Positions 36,565 through 48,379 of a DNA stretch of 64,000 nt are shown one piece after another (the stretch's first letter is position 1; each line of letters opens with the position of its first letter). This DNA comes from Octopus vulgaris. Taxonomy: Eukaryota. The position numbers and the translations under genes were made by a program. Where the stretch lies: contig OX597819.1 in assembly GCA_951406725.2 (NCBI GenBank), positions 72,168,001-72,232,000 of the forward strand, given 5' to 3'. The notes beneath the pieces were generated by a model. The model worked only from the letters and a program-made list of their open reading frames with translations. It was not told the DNA's origin and did not search any database.

Positions 36565-37584
36565 TCTATATATATAAAACTGAGAATGTGTGTCTGTCTT
36601 TCTGTGTGTTTCCCTAAAACTTGAGAACTACACAACCAATTTCATTCAAATTTTACACATGCCTTACTTAAGGTCCGGGGAGTGTCATCGGTTAAAAAAA
36701 TTTTAACTTTTTCCCTAGGGCGACCCCACAGCAATATCATATGTTCTCCACTATTTCAGTATTACGTGTTAAAAGTGAAATAAAAACATCTCTCTATTGT
36801 AATGTCAGATACTTTCACTTTAATACTGAAACTATTAAAGTGAAAGTATTATATAACAGGGATGAACCATTAACAGTGGTCATCCATTTTGCTAGAAGAT
36901 CTGCTACACCTCTGGTTTTCAATTCATATTAATCAAATTAATATTCAATTTTTCACCTTTATTATGTGTGTGTGTGTGTGTATGTGTGTGTGTGTGTATT
37001 AGCAATTCGTATAAAATTGCATCAATAACTTGAACTTGAATAAGTGGTTTCACATAAATGGGGATAAATTAAAAAGGTTTGTTGTTAATATTATTACTAT
37101 TTGACTATTGTAATCACATTTTTGGTTCCTCGTCAGGGAAACGTTGTTGTGTTGCATTTGTTAAATAATTGTAAACCGTAACCCTTCCCCTTTCGGAGAA
37201 GGGGCGGTTATTGTTTAAAAATTGAATTGTGTCCCTGTTTGGGGAAATTGACAATATTTTCACCGTCTTTACAGAAGCATTTTTGTTAAAATGCCTTCGT
37301 TAGAAGAAAGTTCAAAAATGAATTTCGATGTAGCCGTACACTTCTATACAAGAGGGAGGACAAGATCCAATTGATCGAAATTGCAAGAGACGGGCCTACA
37401 ATTCCAGTCTGTTATATATTTTGAGTATTGTTATCACTAGCGATATCAAGATATAACTTTGTAATTTATATTTTATGTGTAGATGTATATATATATAGAT
37501 GTACATGTAATATATACACATATATCTACACATATATACATGCACTAGCACCATAACCTGGCAACAACAGGGTCATAATGCTAG
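36565..37584 (+). mobile_element. Non-autonomous Helitron with both ends
   Basis: 5' TC(TA)n start; 3' decayed hairpin ACCTGGCAACAACAGGGT followed by CTAG^T at 37581-37585. Confidence 0.75.
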
Positions 37585-37588
37585 TATA

Positions 37589-37850
37589 TCGATATATATG
37601 AAACTGAGAATGTGTGTCTGTCTGTCTGTGTGAACCCCTAAAACTTGAGAACTACACAACCAATTTCATTCAAATTTTACACATGCCTTACTTAGGGTCC
37701 ATGGAGTGTCATGGGCAAAGCTCTGGGCGACATTGGGACGACTGTACACAGCTACCAGCCCACAGTCGACGCCATGGCGACCAGAGCTCGCGACATTGGG
37801 GCGAATGTACACAGCTACCAGCCCACGTTGGGTTGGGTTGGGTTGGAATA
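37589..37850 (+). mobile_element. Tandem Helitron 5' end followed by a GC-rich ~63-bp repeat (two copies)
   Basis: AAACTGAGAATGTGTGTCTG repeated; GCGACATTGGG.CGA.TGTACACAGCTACCAGCCCAC occurs twice. Confidence 0.65.
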
Positions 37851-38574
37851 ATTTCCATTATATATAGAGAAAACTATAGTGCGAAGGCAGCATAAAAAGC
37901 AATCCTTCCTCAATTGTTGGCATATTTACATACTCCGCATTGCGAGCAGTGACACAAGATGCGTCTTCGTCAAAGCAATTGCTTCCGCAAAGCAAATTAA
38001 ATAAAATTTGAGATACGTGGAACGTCAAAGCTGCTAACAAAAACAGGATAGTGAAAACATTCGGTAAGGGCTGTTTAACCCTAACGAGGTGAAGTGGTGA
38101 ACGCTGGAGAAAGAAAGCGTTGTCAAGAGACAGACAAGAATGCGTGTTATAGTTATAAACTGAACGAGAAGAAAAAGAATTACATTTAGAAATAGAGATC
38201 TATAAGTATTGAGGACAGAATTTGAGTTAGAAATAGAGAACTATAAATATTGTATTATGCATAAAGTGGTGGCTTACATTCGGGGCTTCCAATTTCTCTG
38301 TAAAATACAAGATAGTCGCAAAATCATCGCACATGTCACCATCTATTACAAACACTGGTGGAAGATAAAAGTTCCAGAGGACATTCTTGTTCTTTCGTTT
38401 GTACAAGGATCGTATTATGATTCGGCTTAAAATAAATTATAGATAAAAATATAATGTATAGAAATATATAAAAACCAGAATAGAAAATAAACGTCTTAGG
38501 CATATAAAATGAGATAACATGAGATATCAAGGTGTTATAAACTTGAAACCTACTAGAATATCATAGATTATATA

Positions 38575-41098
38575 TCATGTCATCCAATCAGTTCTGTCCA
38601 ATTTTACCTTTTTATTTAGATTTGAATGAAATTTAATAGTATTTTCAAATGTCTAATTCAATTAAAAATTATTTTTATGCATTTGTGTACATTTAAACTA
38701 ATTCAATATTGTTTTACAAAATAATAGAGGGTGTCCACAAAGTCTGCGTACGTGGGGATTAACACATACTTTTAAAACAAAACAAAATTATTTTATTATA
38801 ATGTTAATAAATAATATTTTCAAAGTGATTTCCATCATTTCCAATGCATAACTTGATTCGCCTTGCAAAATTCAGGTGAACTTGATTAAATAAGTCTACA
38901 TTGCCATCAATTTCAGCACACTGACTGGTAATGCGTTCTCTCAGGTGTTTTAAATCTGTAATCTTTATTATAATCTTTCCCTTTCAACATACTCCAGAAA
39001 AAGAAATCAAGGGGAGAAAGGTCTGGTGAACGAGGGGACCTTTCCATATGAGTCCTTCTTCCAATCCAGTGAGGAAAAATGTCATTAAGCCCATCCTGCT
39101 GAAATCAATTCGGAAGGTCCCCGCCTAGGCGCTCAATTTGAGATATTAATTTGTCTCTCAATATGTTTACATATGTCTCATCCGTTACATGTTCAATGAA
39201 GAAGGGTCCTAGAACATGAGCTTTCCACAAACCACACCACACCATCACCTTTTTGCTGCCTTGCTGCTTGGATGGATCCATCCAATGTGGATTACCTTGA
39301 GACCAGTATAGAAGATTCTGTCTGTTGACCTCACCATTTACATAAAACGTAGCTTTGTCACTGAACAACACAAAGTTTTTCGTAAAATTGATATTTTCAT
39401 CCAATTTATCTGAAAACAATTCGCACGTCTACATTCGTCTATCAGGGTCGTCTTCATTTAAGTGATGCAATATCTGTAGGTTGTATCGATGAAACTTTTC
39501 CTCAACCAGCATTTTGTGGATGGTTGGTTTTGGAACACCTAACACCGTGGATGTCCGACGAAGTGATTTCTTTGGGCTAGCAGAAAATTTAGCCATGACA
39601 GCCTCTTTCGTTTCATCTGAAGTCTTTGGTCGCCCAGAACGGGGTTTATCCAAAACACTGCCTGTTTCTTTAAATTTCTTGATCAATTTCCCGACGGCAG
39701 TAAAAAAAATAGGTTGCCTACAAGGGTGTCGAAGATTAAATTCTGCAATTTTGCGATAAGACCATCTCTCTCGTCCACTTAATAATACTAACTCGATTCT
39801 TTCTTCTTTAGGCAGATCCATCATTCGATCTGGGATTCTTTCTTCTTTAGACAGAGCCATCATTCTATCATCTGTAGGAAAAATAACAAATAAATTCAGA
39901 AAAGTAAAGTATTTGTTTTTATTTAATTTAAACAAAAGTAAAAAAGGAAAATTATTATTTCTTATATTTGTTTATGTTATGATTTTATTCCATGTACCCA
40001 GACTTCGTGGACACCCTAAAATTGCTTTGATTAAAACCCTTTCAACATGGAAGTATCCAAGGAGCATTTAAGGCACATATAATTCTTTATGAGTACAATA
40101 AAGGTAACTCTGCAGCCGAGGTGACTCGAAACATACACTCAGTTTATGAGAAAGTGCTTGAATGAAAGAACTTGCAGGAGATCGTTTTCAAAATTGAAGA
40201 TGAAGATCGAATAGGACGTCCAGTTGAGTTTGATGATAAGCTCCTTGAGGCATTACTTGAAGAAAATCCGTCATTATCAGTTGAAGAATTGGCAATAAAG
40301 CTTACTTCAAACAATACAACAGTTCATCGTCATCTTCAACAACGTGGAAATATTCCTAAACTTGGAAAATGGGTGCCTCATGAATTGCCCGAAAGCAACC
40401 GCAAATCCCGAGTTGACATCTACTCTTCTCTCCATTCTCGCAAACTCATTTCACCCTTTTTCGATAGACTTGTGACGAAAAATGGATTTTCTATCGAAAT
40501 GTTAAACGTCGTAAACAGTGGCTTGGTAAAAGGGAAAATGCTCAACCACAACCGAGAAGGGAACTTCATGGGGAAAAGGTTCTACTCTATCTGGTGCGAT
40601 TGCAAAGGCGTAATTCATTTCATATTGTTACCACCTAATGCAACAATCAATGCTCAAGTCTACTGTCAGCAATTAGAGCGTTTGAACCAAGCTTTGAAGG
40701 AAAAAAGATCCGCTTTAGTGAGTCGAAAACGAGTGATGTTTCATCAGAACAATGCACAACCCCACACTGCAAAGATCACATTACAGAAGATCGAAGAGGT
40801 CGGTTTGGAAACATTTCTTCATCCAACTTATTCTCCCGACCTTACTCCTTCAGGATATCATTTGTTTCATAGTTTACAGAATTATTAGGGGGACTTAACT
40901 TTCGCAAGTCAGGAGGAGGTCGAAGCTTTGAAACCAAAAGAGTTTTACATTGATGGGATTAAAAAGCTTGTAAATAGATGGAAGTAAGTCATAGATAATC
41001 AGGGTAAGTACATTGATGATTAACTTTCAATTAAATATAACATTCGATCACTTGGATTCTTTATCCAAAATTCGAACAGAACTTATGGGATGACCTGA
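38575..41098 (+). mobile_element. mariner transposon, interrupted at 38727-40017
   Basis: TIRs TCATGTCATCCAATCAGTTCTG / CAGAACTTATGGGATGACCTGA; transposase MEVSKEHLRH...WVPHEL...HQNNAQPH...YSPDLTPSGYHLF at ~40047-41020. Confidence 0.88.
38727..40017 (-). mobile_element. Tc1/mariner-superfamily element (DD37D/maT-like) nested in the mariner
   Basis: TIRs AGGGTGTCCACAAAGTCTG / CAGACTTCGTGGACACCCT; motifs FKETGSVLDKPRSGRP, FSDKATFYVNGEVNRQN, PRSPDLSPLDFFFW. Confidence 0.88.
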
Positions 41099-41368
41099 GA
41101 TATATACACTGGCGAAAATATATATTATATTTTATATATAATGTATATAATACGAGAATTTTAATGGAGATAACCTGCAGTATATAGTACAACATTTTTG
41201 TCTCCGATTTTGAGCTAAGTATTAATAAAATGTGGTATACGATAAAAATTTCGGATATTTGTCTTAAAACATTCAGACAAGAAAATTCAGATGTAGCACA
41301 TGAGGTATTATTCCATACGAATATACACATATTTATGTTAAGAGTTTCATGATAAAAATATAGAAATA

Positions 41369-41918
41369 TTGGGTTGTTCGGAAAGTTCGTGCCGATTTAT
41401 AGTAGCTTATCTTTCGACTTATTTTCGTCCATAAAATAGGATTTGACTACACTTCCATTTAGAGCACAGTTTAAGCTATCTTTTCGTGGAAGAAGGTTTA
41501 TGTTCCTATAACCTGTGTTAATCCTGTAACCCTTTAAAATAAAAGATGAGAAAGTTCATTTTCGGCACTTGATGCTTTGGGAACCAGACAGTAATTGCTG
41601 CAGCTCGGCTGGGATGTGTTACCCCACCCTCCATATTCCCCAGCTATTACTCCGGATTTCCACTTATTCAGGTATCTGCAGAATAGTCTTAATGGTGAAA
41701 ATTTCAATTCCTTAGATGACGTAAAAAGATACCTTGATGAATTATTTGCCTTGAAACCACCCCAATTCTGGGAAGAGGGTATTTTCAAGGTAAAGAAAAG
41801 ATGGAGACGTATTGTGCAACGAAATGGTTCAGATTTGGTTCATTAAAAATGTAATGGCAAGTATTTAGAGACCTTTTACTTTCCTTTAAAAATCGGAACG
41901 AACTTTCCGGACAATCAA
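41369..41918 (+). mobile_element. Internally deleted mariner (~550 bp)
   Basis: TIRs TTGGGTTGTTCGGAAAGTTCG / CGAACTTTCCGGACAATCAA with TA flanks; N-terminal KVHFRHLML joined to LGWDVLPHPPYSP. Confidence 0.9.
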
Positions 41919-42551
41919 TATAAACATGACAATGAAATACGAATATAAACATGAAAAATAAAAACCTAAATTGAAAGAGGCGATTACAAATTATTTTCCT
42001 AACCTGCAGCCGTTTCAGAAAAGTGGTTGTACGAAGTATTCAAAATTCAGCCCTCCTTCTTCAGGGTTCCTTTCTCAAGGTAAAATCCAACAAAAAGCCG
42101 TCAGGCACTACATGGTGAGTATTCAGTTGGTGGAAGTTCAGTTTTTGAGTATCGACGAATAAGTGACAGCATCGTATGATGATTCTGCAGATTTTCAAGA
42201 GAATTACCACGTTTAAATAAGAAATGAAAATCATTGAAAGGTTAAATTTAGTTAATCATGCAAATAATAGCCAATTGGAATATTCCACTCTGTATAATAA
42301 AAAAAAATAATTTAAGGTTTGTGCATAAGTGTTCATTGGATCTAATGATCTAATTGGACCGTATTTTCAAAAAGCTTTTATATTCTAAAAAAAATATTTT
42401 AAATTTAAGAAAATTATAAGACACTAAATATTTATGCTTACAACATACTAAAATGCCTGTAATTTTTTATATAGGGGTGAATAAATGAATTTTGTGTCCC
42501 CTATATCTAATTTTAAAATCAGTAGTACTCCCTATATAAATGTTCCTAAGT

Positions 42552-42635
42552 CCGGAGCGTTAAACTAATAAACCTGTTTGCTCTTTACATACCCGTCTTC
42601 GTCTTTTGTTCGTTTCTTTTGTAAATTCCAAATAT
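42552..42635 (+). mobile_element. PLE terminal fragment, same family as 29210-29282
   Basis: GAGCGTTAAACTAATA.A.CTGTTTG...GTCTTCGTCTTTTGT. Confidence 0.7.
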
Positions 42636-42656
42636 ATATGTATGCATGTGTGTGTA

Positions 42657-42715
<59 letters not shown>

Positions 42716-42784
42716 GGATTTCGTAGACAGGAACTGAAACAAATCGATCGTATATATATGTATGTATATATGTAAGTGTATGTG

Positions 42785-45520
42785 GCAACATGAATGGTAT
42801 TGGCAACATGAATGACAATGGCCAGAGACTACTTGAATGTTGCACATACCATAACCAGTGCATCACTAACACATTCTTTGCCAACAAGACATCCCTCAAG
42901 GCATCTTGGAGACATCCAAGATCTCACTACTGGCATCAGCTGGATCTCATCATTACACGAAGACCCTTTCTGAATTCTGTTCAACTGACTCGTAGTTACC
43001 ACAGCGCGGATTGTGAAACAGATCATTCACTAATAAGAAGCAGGGTGAGGATTCTGACTAAAAAGTCCATCACTCCAAAAAATGGGCCGACCACGCATTA
43101 ACACTGCCAGAACCTCCGACCCTACACTGCGACAATGTTTTACTGTTTCTATCAAAGTTGCCCTCAGTAGCTGCCCAACCACCTCTGCTGAAAGTAGGTG
43201 GAATTATACCAGGGAAGCTTTGTATACCACATCAATAGATACTTTCGGCATGAGAGAAAAGTAAAACCCAGATTTTGTTCAGTGCTGGGCTCTCAGAGCT
43301 GGAAACAGTTATCGAAACAAAGCGTGCAGCTCTTACGTAATACAAGAGTGATTCTTCTATAAAGTCACTCGAAGAACTCAGAAAGGCAAGAAATAAAACC
43401 CAACTGACTGCCAGACGCTGTGCAAATAGGTATTGGCAGGAAATCTGTCAGAGTATCCAGTCAGCTACTGACAGTGGCGACACTCGTGGGGTGTATGCCG
43501 GTTTGAAGAAGGCCCTCGGTTCATCTGCAGCCAAGTCAGCCCCCCTGAAATCAACTACTGGTCTCATCAAGGACCAAAGCAAGCAAATGGATAGTTGGGT
43601 GGAGTACTACCAGGATCTCTACTCACGAGAGACCACGGTAGCTGAGGCTGCAATCGAGGGTGTCAAGATCTTACCAGTCATGTGTGAACTTGACAGTCTG
43701 CCATCTATAGCAGAGCTCACCAAGGCTATTGACTCCCTAGCAAGTAACAAGGCTCCGGGAAAAGACGGCATCCCCTTAGAGATCATCAAAACCGGCAAAA
43801 ACACCATCCTGCTTCGGCACATTCATGAGCTTCTGTGTCAGTGCTGGGAAGAGGGTACAGTCCCTCAGGATATGTGGGATGCTAACATCATTACGCTTTA
43901 CAAAAACAAAGGTGACCGTGGTGATTGTAACAATTACCGTGGAATATCTCTTCTAAGCACTGTTGGAAAAGCCTCTGCTCGCATTATCCTGTCCAGGCTG
44001 CAACTGCTTGCTTCTCGAATTTATCCAGAATCGCAGTGTGGCTTTAGAAGATGCAGATCAACTATTGACATGATTTTTCCATACGCCAACTTTAGGAGAA
44101 GTCCAGAGAGCAGAAAATGCCATTATATATGGCCTTCATTGATCTGACAAAGGCCTTTGACTTGGTAAGTAGAAAAGGCCTCTTCATCCTGCTCCAAAAA
44201 ATTGGATGTCCACCAATGCTGCTGAGGATCATCACATCTTTCCATGACGATATGCAAGGCACCATACAGCACAATGGTTCAACATCAGCCGTCTTCCAAA
44301 TAAAAAATAGTGTAAAGCAAGATTGTGTCCTTGCTCCTACATTATTTGGCACCTTCTTCTCGCTGCTGCTGTCACATGCCTTTGTGACATCAGATGATGG
44401 AGTGTTTCTGCACAGTAGAAGTGATGGGAAACTGTTCAATCTCTCGCATCTGCGTGCCATGACTAAACTCAGAAGCGTCCTGATCAAGGAGATGCTATTT
44501 GCTTATGATGCCGCACTGGTATCACACACAGAAGAAGCCCTACAAAGGCTCATCAAATGTTTTGAGCAAGCATGTGGCAACTTTGGCTTATTTATCAGCC
44601 TCAAGAAGACCAACATCATGGGTCAGGCTACATCGACCATCCCAAACATACATTTTGGAGACCACAGACTACAGGAGGTGGAGAAGTTTACCTATCTTCG
44701 CTCTACTGTCACCTACAACCTATCCCTTGATACTGAGCTCAATATACGCATTGGCAAGGCAGCTGCTATGATGGCCCAACTCTCCAAACGGGCATGGGAC
44801 AACAATAAGCTGATCAAGACCACAAAAATGAAGATTTACCAGGCATGTGTACTTAGCACTCTACTGTATGGAAGTGAGACTTGGACGCCATACACACGCC
44901 ATACGACGCCATACGTCGCCTAAATATCTTTCACCTGTGCTGCCTCCGGAAAATCCTTCGCATCAAATGGCAGAATCATGTCACCAACAAAGATGTCCTC
45001 ACGCAAGCAGGAATACCAAACATGTTTACACTCCTCACACAAAGACGTATGAGATGGCTTCGACATGTTAGCCGTATGGAAGATGGCAGAATCCCCAAGG
45101 ACATACTCAACGGAGAGCTTGCTAGGGGCACTAGGACTGCGGGAAGACCGTCCTTACGATACAAGGATGTTTGCAAAAGGGACATGAATGCCTACAACAT
45201 CAATATTACCAACTGGGAAGCAGTTGCCAGCAACCGTGGAGATTGGCGACGTACCGTAAAAGAGGGAACACAAAGGAGTGATATAGAGGGAGAGGATAAA
45301 TGGAAAGACAAGAAAAGACGTCAACACGAAAGTATGACATTACAACCAGCCAGGCAGTCTTCGCTACATTTGCGGCACCTGCCAGAGGGAGTGTTTGTCC
45401 AGGATAGGACTACACAGCCACAGCAGGAGATGTATTAGGACATGAAATGTAAAAGCCGGACTAGATTATTTTATGCGCAACTCCATTGTCTCCCGAGACA
45501 AAAAGGATACCAACAACAAT
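42785..45520 (+). mobile_element. RTE-clade LINE, 5'-truncated (APE C-terminus, RT, C2H2), frameshifted
   Basis: SWRHPRSHYWHQLDLII, ADCETDHSL, NNYRGISLLS, FIDLTKAFD, KQDCVLAPTLF, LFAYDAAL; (CAA)n tail; ~70-bp flanking direct repeats. Confidence 0.95.
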
Positions 45521-45712
45521 ATATATGGATTTCGTAGACAGGAACTGAAACAAATCAATCGTATATATATGTATATATGTAAGTGTATGTGTGTGTCTTT
45601 GTGTCTGTGTTTCGTCCTCATCACTACTTCACAACTGCTGTTCATTTATTTACATCCACAAAACTTACTGGTTTCACAAGAACAAACTAATAGAATAAGT
45701 ACTAGGCTTATC
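45521..45712 (+). mobile_element. Decayed CORE-type SINE body that served as the RTE target
   Basis: GGATTTCGTAGACAGGAACTGAAA...ATAGAATAAGTACTAGGCTTA. Confidence 0.7.
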
Positions 45713-45841
45713 AACATAAAAAAGCACCAGGCTGTGTCTCATATTTTTGTTTGCCCACTCAGTTGGTTGTATCTCTCAATTTATCTTTGTGTGTGTGTGT
45801 GTGCATGTATGTGTGTATGTGTGTGTATATATCTATATCTA

Positions 45842-45925
<84 letters not shown>

Positions 45926-45932
<7 letters not shown>

Positions 45933-46986
45933 CCCTAATAACAGCCTAATAGCCTTAACTCCCAAATTTTAGTCATTTCTTTTATGATCCAAAACTAAGA
46001 CAAAAGTACTGAATAGATCTTTAGGAAATTTGGAAATTAGATTCTAAGCATAAGGGCCATAACCCCCATGACAATTCATATATTTTTGCTGTTGATGAAA
46101 TTTTAACCATAGATATTAGACACAAATGAAGTAATATTTATAAAATTTCATCTTCTTACAAAGTTAGAAAGACCCCTCCATGGGAACTTAACACCCACAA
46201 TGTTGTCATTTTATCTAAGCAAAAATGAATACAGTTGTGCTCTTGGAAGCTGTAGGATTACCCGAGCATAAAAGTTGGGCATTATTTCTAATTCAATGGT
46301 ACAACAGTGTAACAGTTTGCTTTGACATACACTTACATTGTAATTTCTGCAATGTGGTGCATAAATTGTTAAGTAAATGAGAGGCATCTTTGTCTCCATT
46401 GATTCAGTTGCAAAGTGTTGAGTAAAGTTATTTGATTGCAGACCTCCTTTCAGTCTATTTATTATCACTCGGCCACGCATAGTCCCCAGATGGTAACATT
46501 GATTACAATGCCTTCCCAGATGGGTGACTGGTTATTCAAAGACATTTATAGATTTTAAATTCATTCTGTCCAGTTACGTATCAGTATAGTGGTCATTTGC
46601 AAACACCAGAGGTGACACTTTAATTTCTCCTAAGCCCTCACGTCACACAGTTGTTAATGTTGATTTCAGTTGGATCACGCCCTTCCAATTGCAATAGATT
46701 CGTCATGCATCTTACGGCTGTGTCTGTCACCTGGATGGTGAGGAATCTTACATTGGGAGTGGTAACGACTAGGGTAGGGTAACTGACTGCATATTGTGAT
46801 AATTCGTCTTTTGATTTCCATGTGGCACGATTACAATTTTTTTAGGGTATGTAAAGAGGGAAATAACCCTCATCTGCAATTTTGATGAAATTAGAAACAT
46901 AGATATTCCAGTTCATTCAGAAAATATAACAGAAAAATCTAATTCTTCAATTGAATGTAACCGGGCAACGCCGGGTATCTCTGCTA

Positions 46987-46987
<1 letters not shown>
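45926..46987 (+). mobile_element. Non-autonomous Helitron-like element
   Basis: 3' hairpin ACCGGGCAACGCCGGGT (46960-46976) followed by CTAG^T; 5' end lost in (TA)n. Confidence 0.65.
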
Positions 46988-47022
<35 letters not shown>

Positions 47023-47095
47023 GTATATATATATATATATATTAAAAAACAAGTAAAAAATAGAAAATGCTAAAATAATTTTATAGTGAACATTT

Positions 47096-47133
47096 CAGTA
47101 CCGGTTTCGGTCATTTTGAGACCTTTTCAACTG
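47096..47133 (-). ncRNA. Minimal hammerhead motif, U3-A8 core variant, at the PLE 3' end
   Basis: Minus strand: CAG-TTGAAAA-GGTC(TCAAAAT)GACC-GAAA-CCGG-TA-CTG. Confidence 0.7.
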
Positions 47134-47484
47134 TAACGATTAAATAATTAAATTTAGAAAAATTAGAAGAAAAGTTTTTTTAAAAGAATATTTCTATAGT
47201 AGTGTTCAGATTTAAGTGGCATTCTGCTTTTCTCTGACTCCCTTGTTTGCACTTGTGTGTTCGAGGTAGTTGTGAGTTCTTGGTAGGGTAGTAGAGGGAA
47301 GGCTGGTGAGGAAAGGGGGTGGGAGAATCTGGGAGTGCCCTGATGGTCGTATTTTGAATGGTCAGTGGCGGCTGGCAGTCTCAGTTCAATTCAGGAGAAT
47401 ATTTATATTGACAGGCTTGTTTATAGAATTAGCGTAGGTGTTATACTAAAAAACATTAGTGACAAACTTAAGGGGTAGGGGGTG

Positions 47485-47780
47485 GAGAAGAAGAAGAAGA
47501 AGAAGAAGAAGAAGAAGAAGAAGAAGAAGAAGGAGAAGGAGAAGATGATGGTGATGGTGGTGATGATTATGACGACGATGATGATGATAACGATGATGAT
47601 GAAGAAGAAGAAGAAGAAGAAGAAGAAGAAGAAGAAGAAGAAGAAGAAGAAGAAGAAGAAGAAGAAGAAGAAGAAGAAGAAGGAGGAGAAGAAGAAGATG
47701 GTGGTGATGATGGTGGTGATGATGATGACGCCGATGATGATGATAACGATGATGATGAAGAAGAAGAAGAAGAAAAAAAC
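47485..47780. repeat. (GAA)n/(GAT)n microsatellite with a higher-order duplication in the PLE 3' UTR
   Basis: Directly visible. Confidence 0.93.
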
Positions 47781-47904
47781 AGAGAAGGGAGAATATGAAT
47801 GGGTGTAAATATAGCTATGAAGGGGCTGATTAGTAATGGATTCTATGGAGTGTAGTATTTGTGTGTGTATATATTTTTTTCTTTTATTCTAAAGTTGAGG
47901 TATA

Positions 47905-48375
47905 TTAATTGTTTGTCGTAGACCCGTTAAGAAGTGGCTTGTATTTTGTAATAAAGAGATTTTCTTTACTTATTCTTTGTCTCGAGGTTGTATCGTCCCT
48001 AAATTGGTAGAGGGGGAAAATTCTGAAGTTTGGTGTTTTTTTGTTGGCGCAAGTATCTATGTGTTGGCTAAAAGCTATTTTTCTGTTTTGGGGAATTTTT
48101 ATCTGGGATCTGTGCAGGGCCATTCGTTTACGCAAACCATTTTTTGTTTGGCCTATGTACTGCTCTTGACACCCGGAGCAGGTTAGTGAGTATATTAGGT
48201 TCTCCGAAGCACATGTGAAGTTGCTTTTCACTGTAAACCGTTGTCCCTGTTTGAAGGAGAACTCAGAACCCTCGATTAGATAGTCGCATATCCCGCAATT
48301 GGGTCTTCCACATTTTTTTACTGTCGGCTTCTGTGTTGAAGAGTGAATTCGGGCTTGTGTAAGGAGACTTTTCAT
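47905..48375 (-). CDS. PLE GIY-YIG endonuclease domain (frameshifted from the RT)
   Basis: CGRPNCGIC linker; NLIYSLTCSGCQEQYIGQT...RMALHRS...KENLFITKYKPLLN. Confidence 0.88.
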   Translation of the reverse strand: MKSLLTQARIHSSTQKPTVKKCGRPNCGICDYLIEGSEFSFKQGQRFTVKSNFTCASENLIYSLTCSGCQEQYIGQTKNGLRKRMALHRSQIKIPQNRKIAFSQHIDTCANKKTPNFRIFPLYQFRDDTTSRQRISKENLFITKYKPLLNGSTTNN

Positions 48376-48379
48376 GGAT

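Noticed and set aside
38274-38310. 20-bp minus-strand micro-exon (TTTTACAG...GTAAG)
   Set aside because: Splice-like words are frequent in AT-rich DNA and there is no further support
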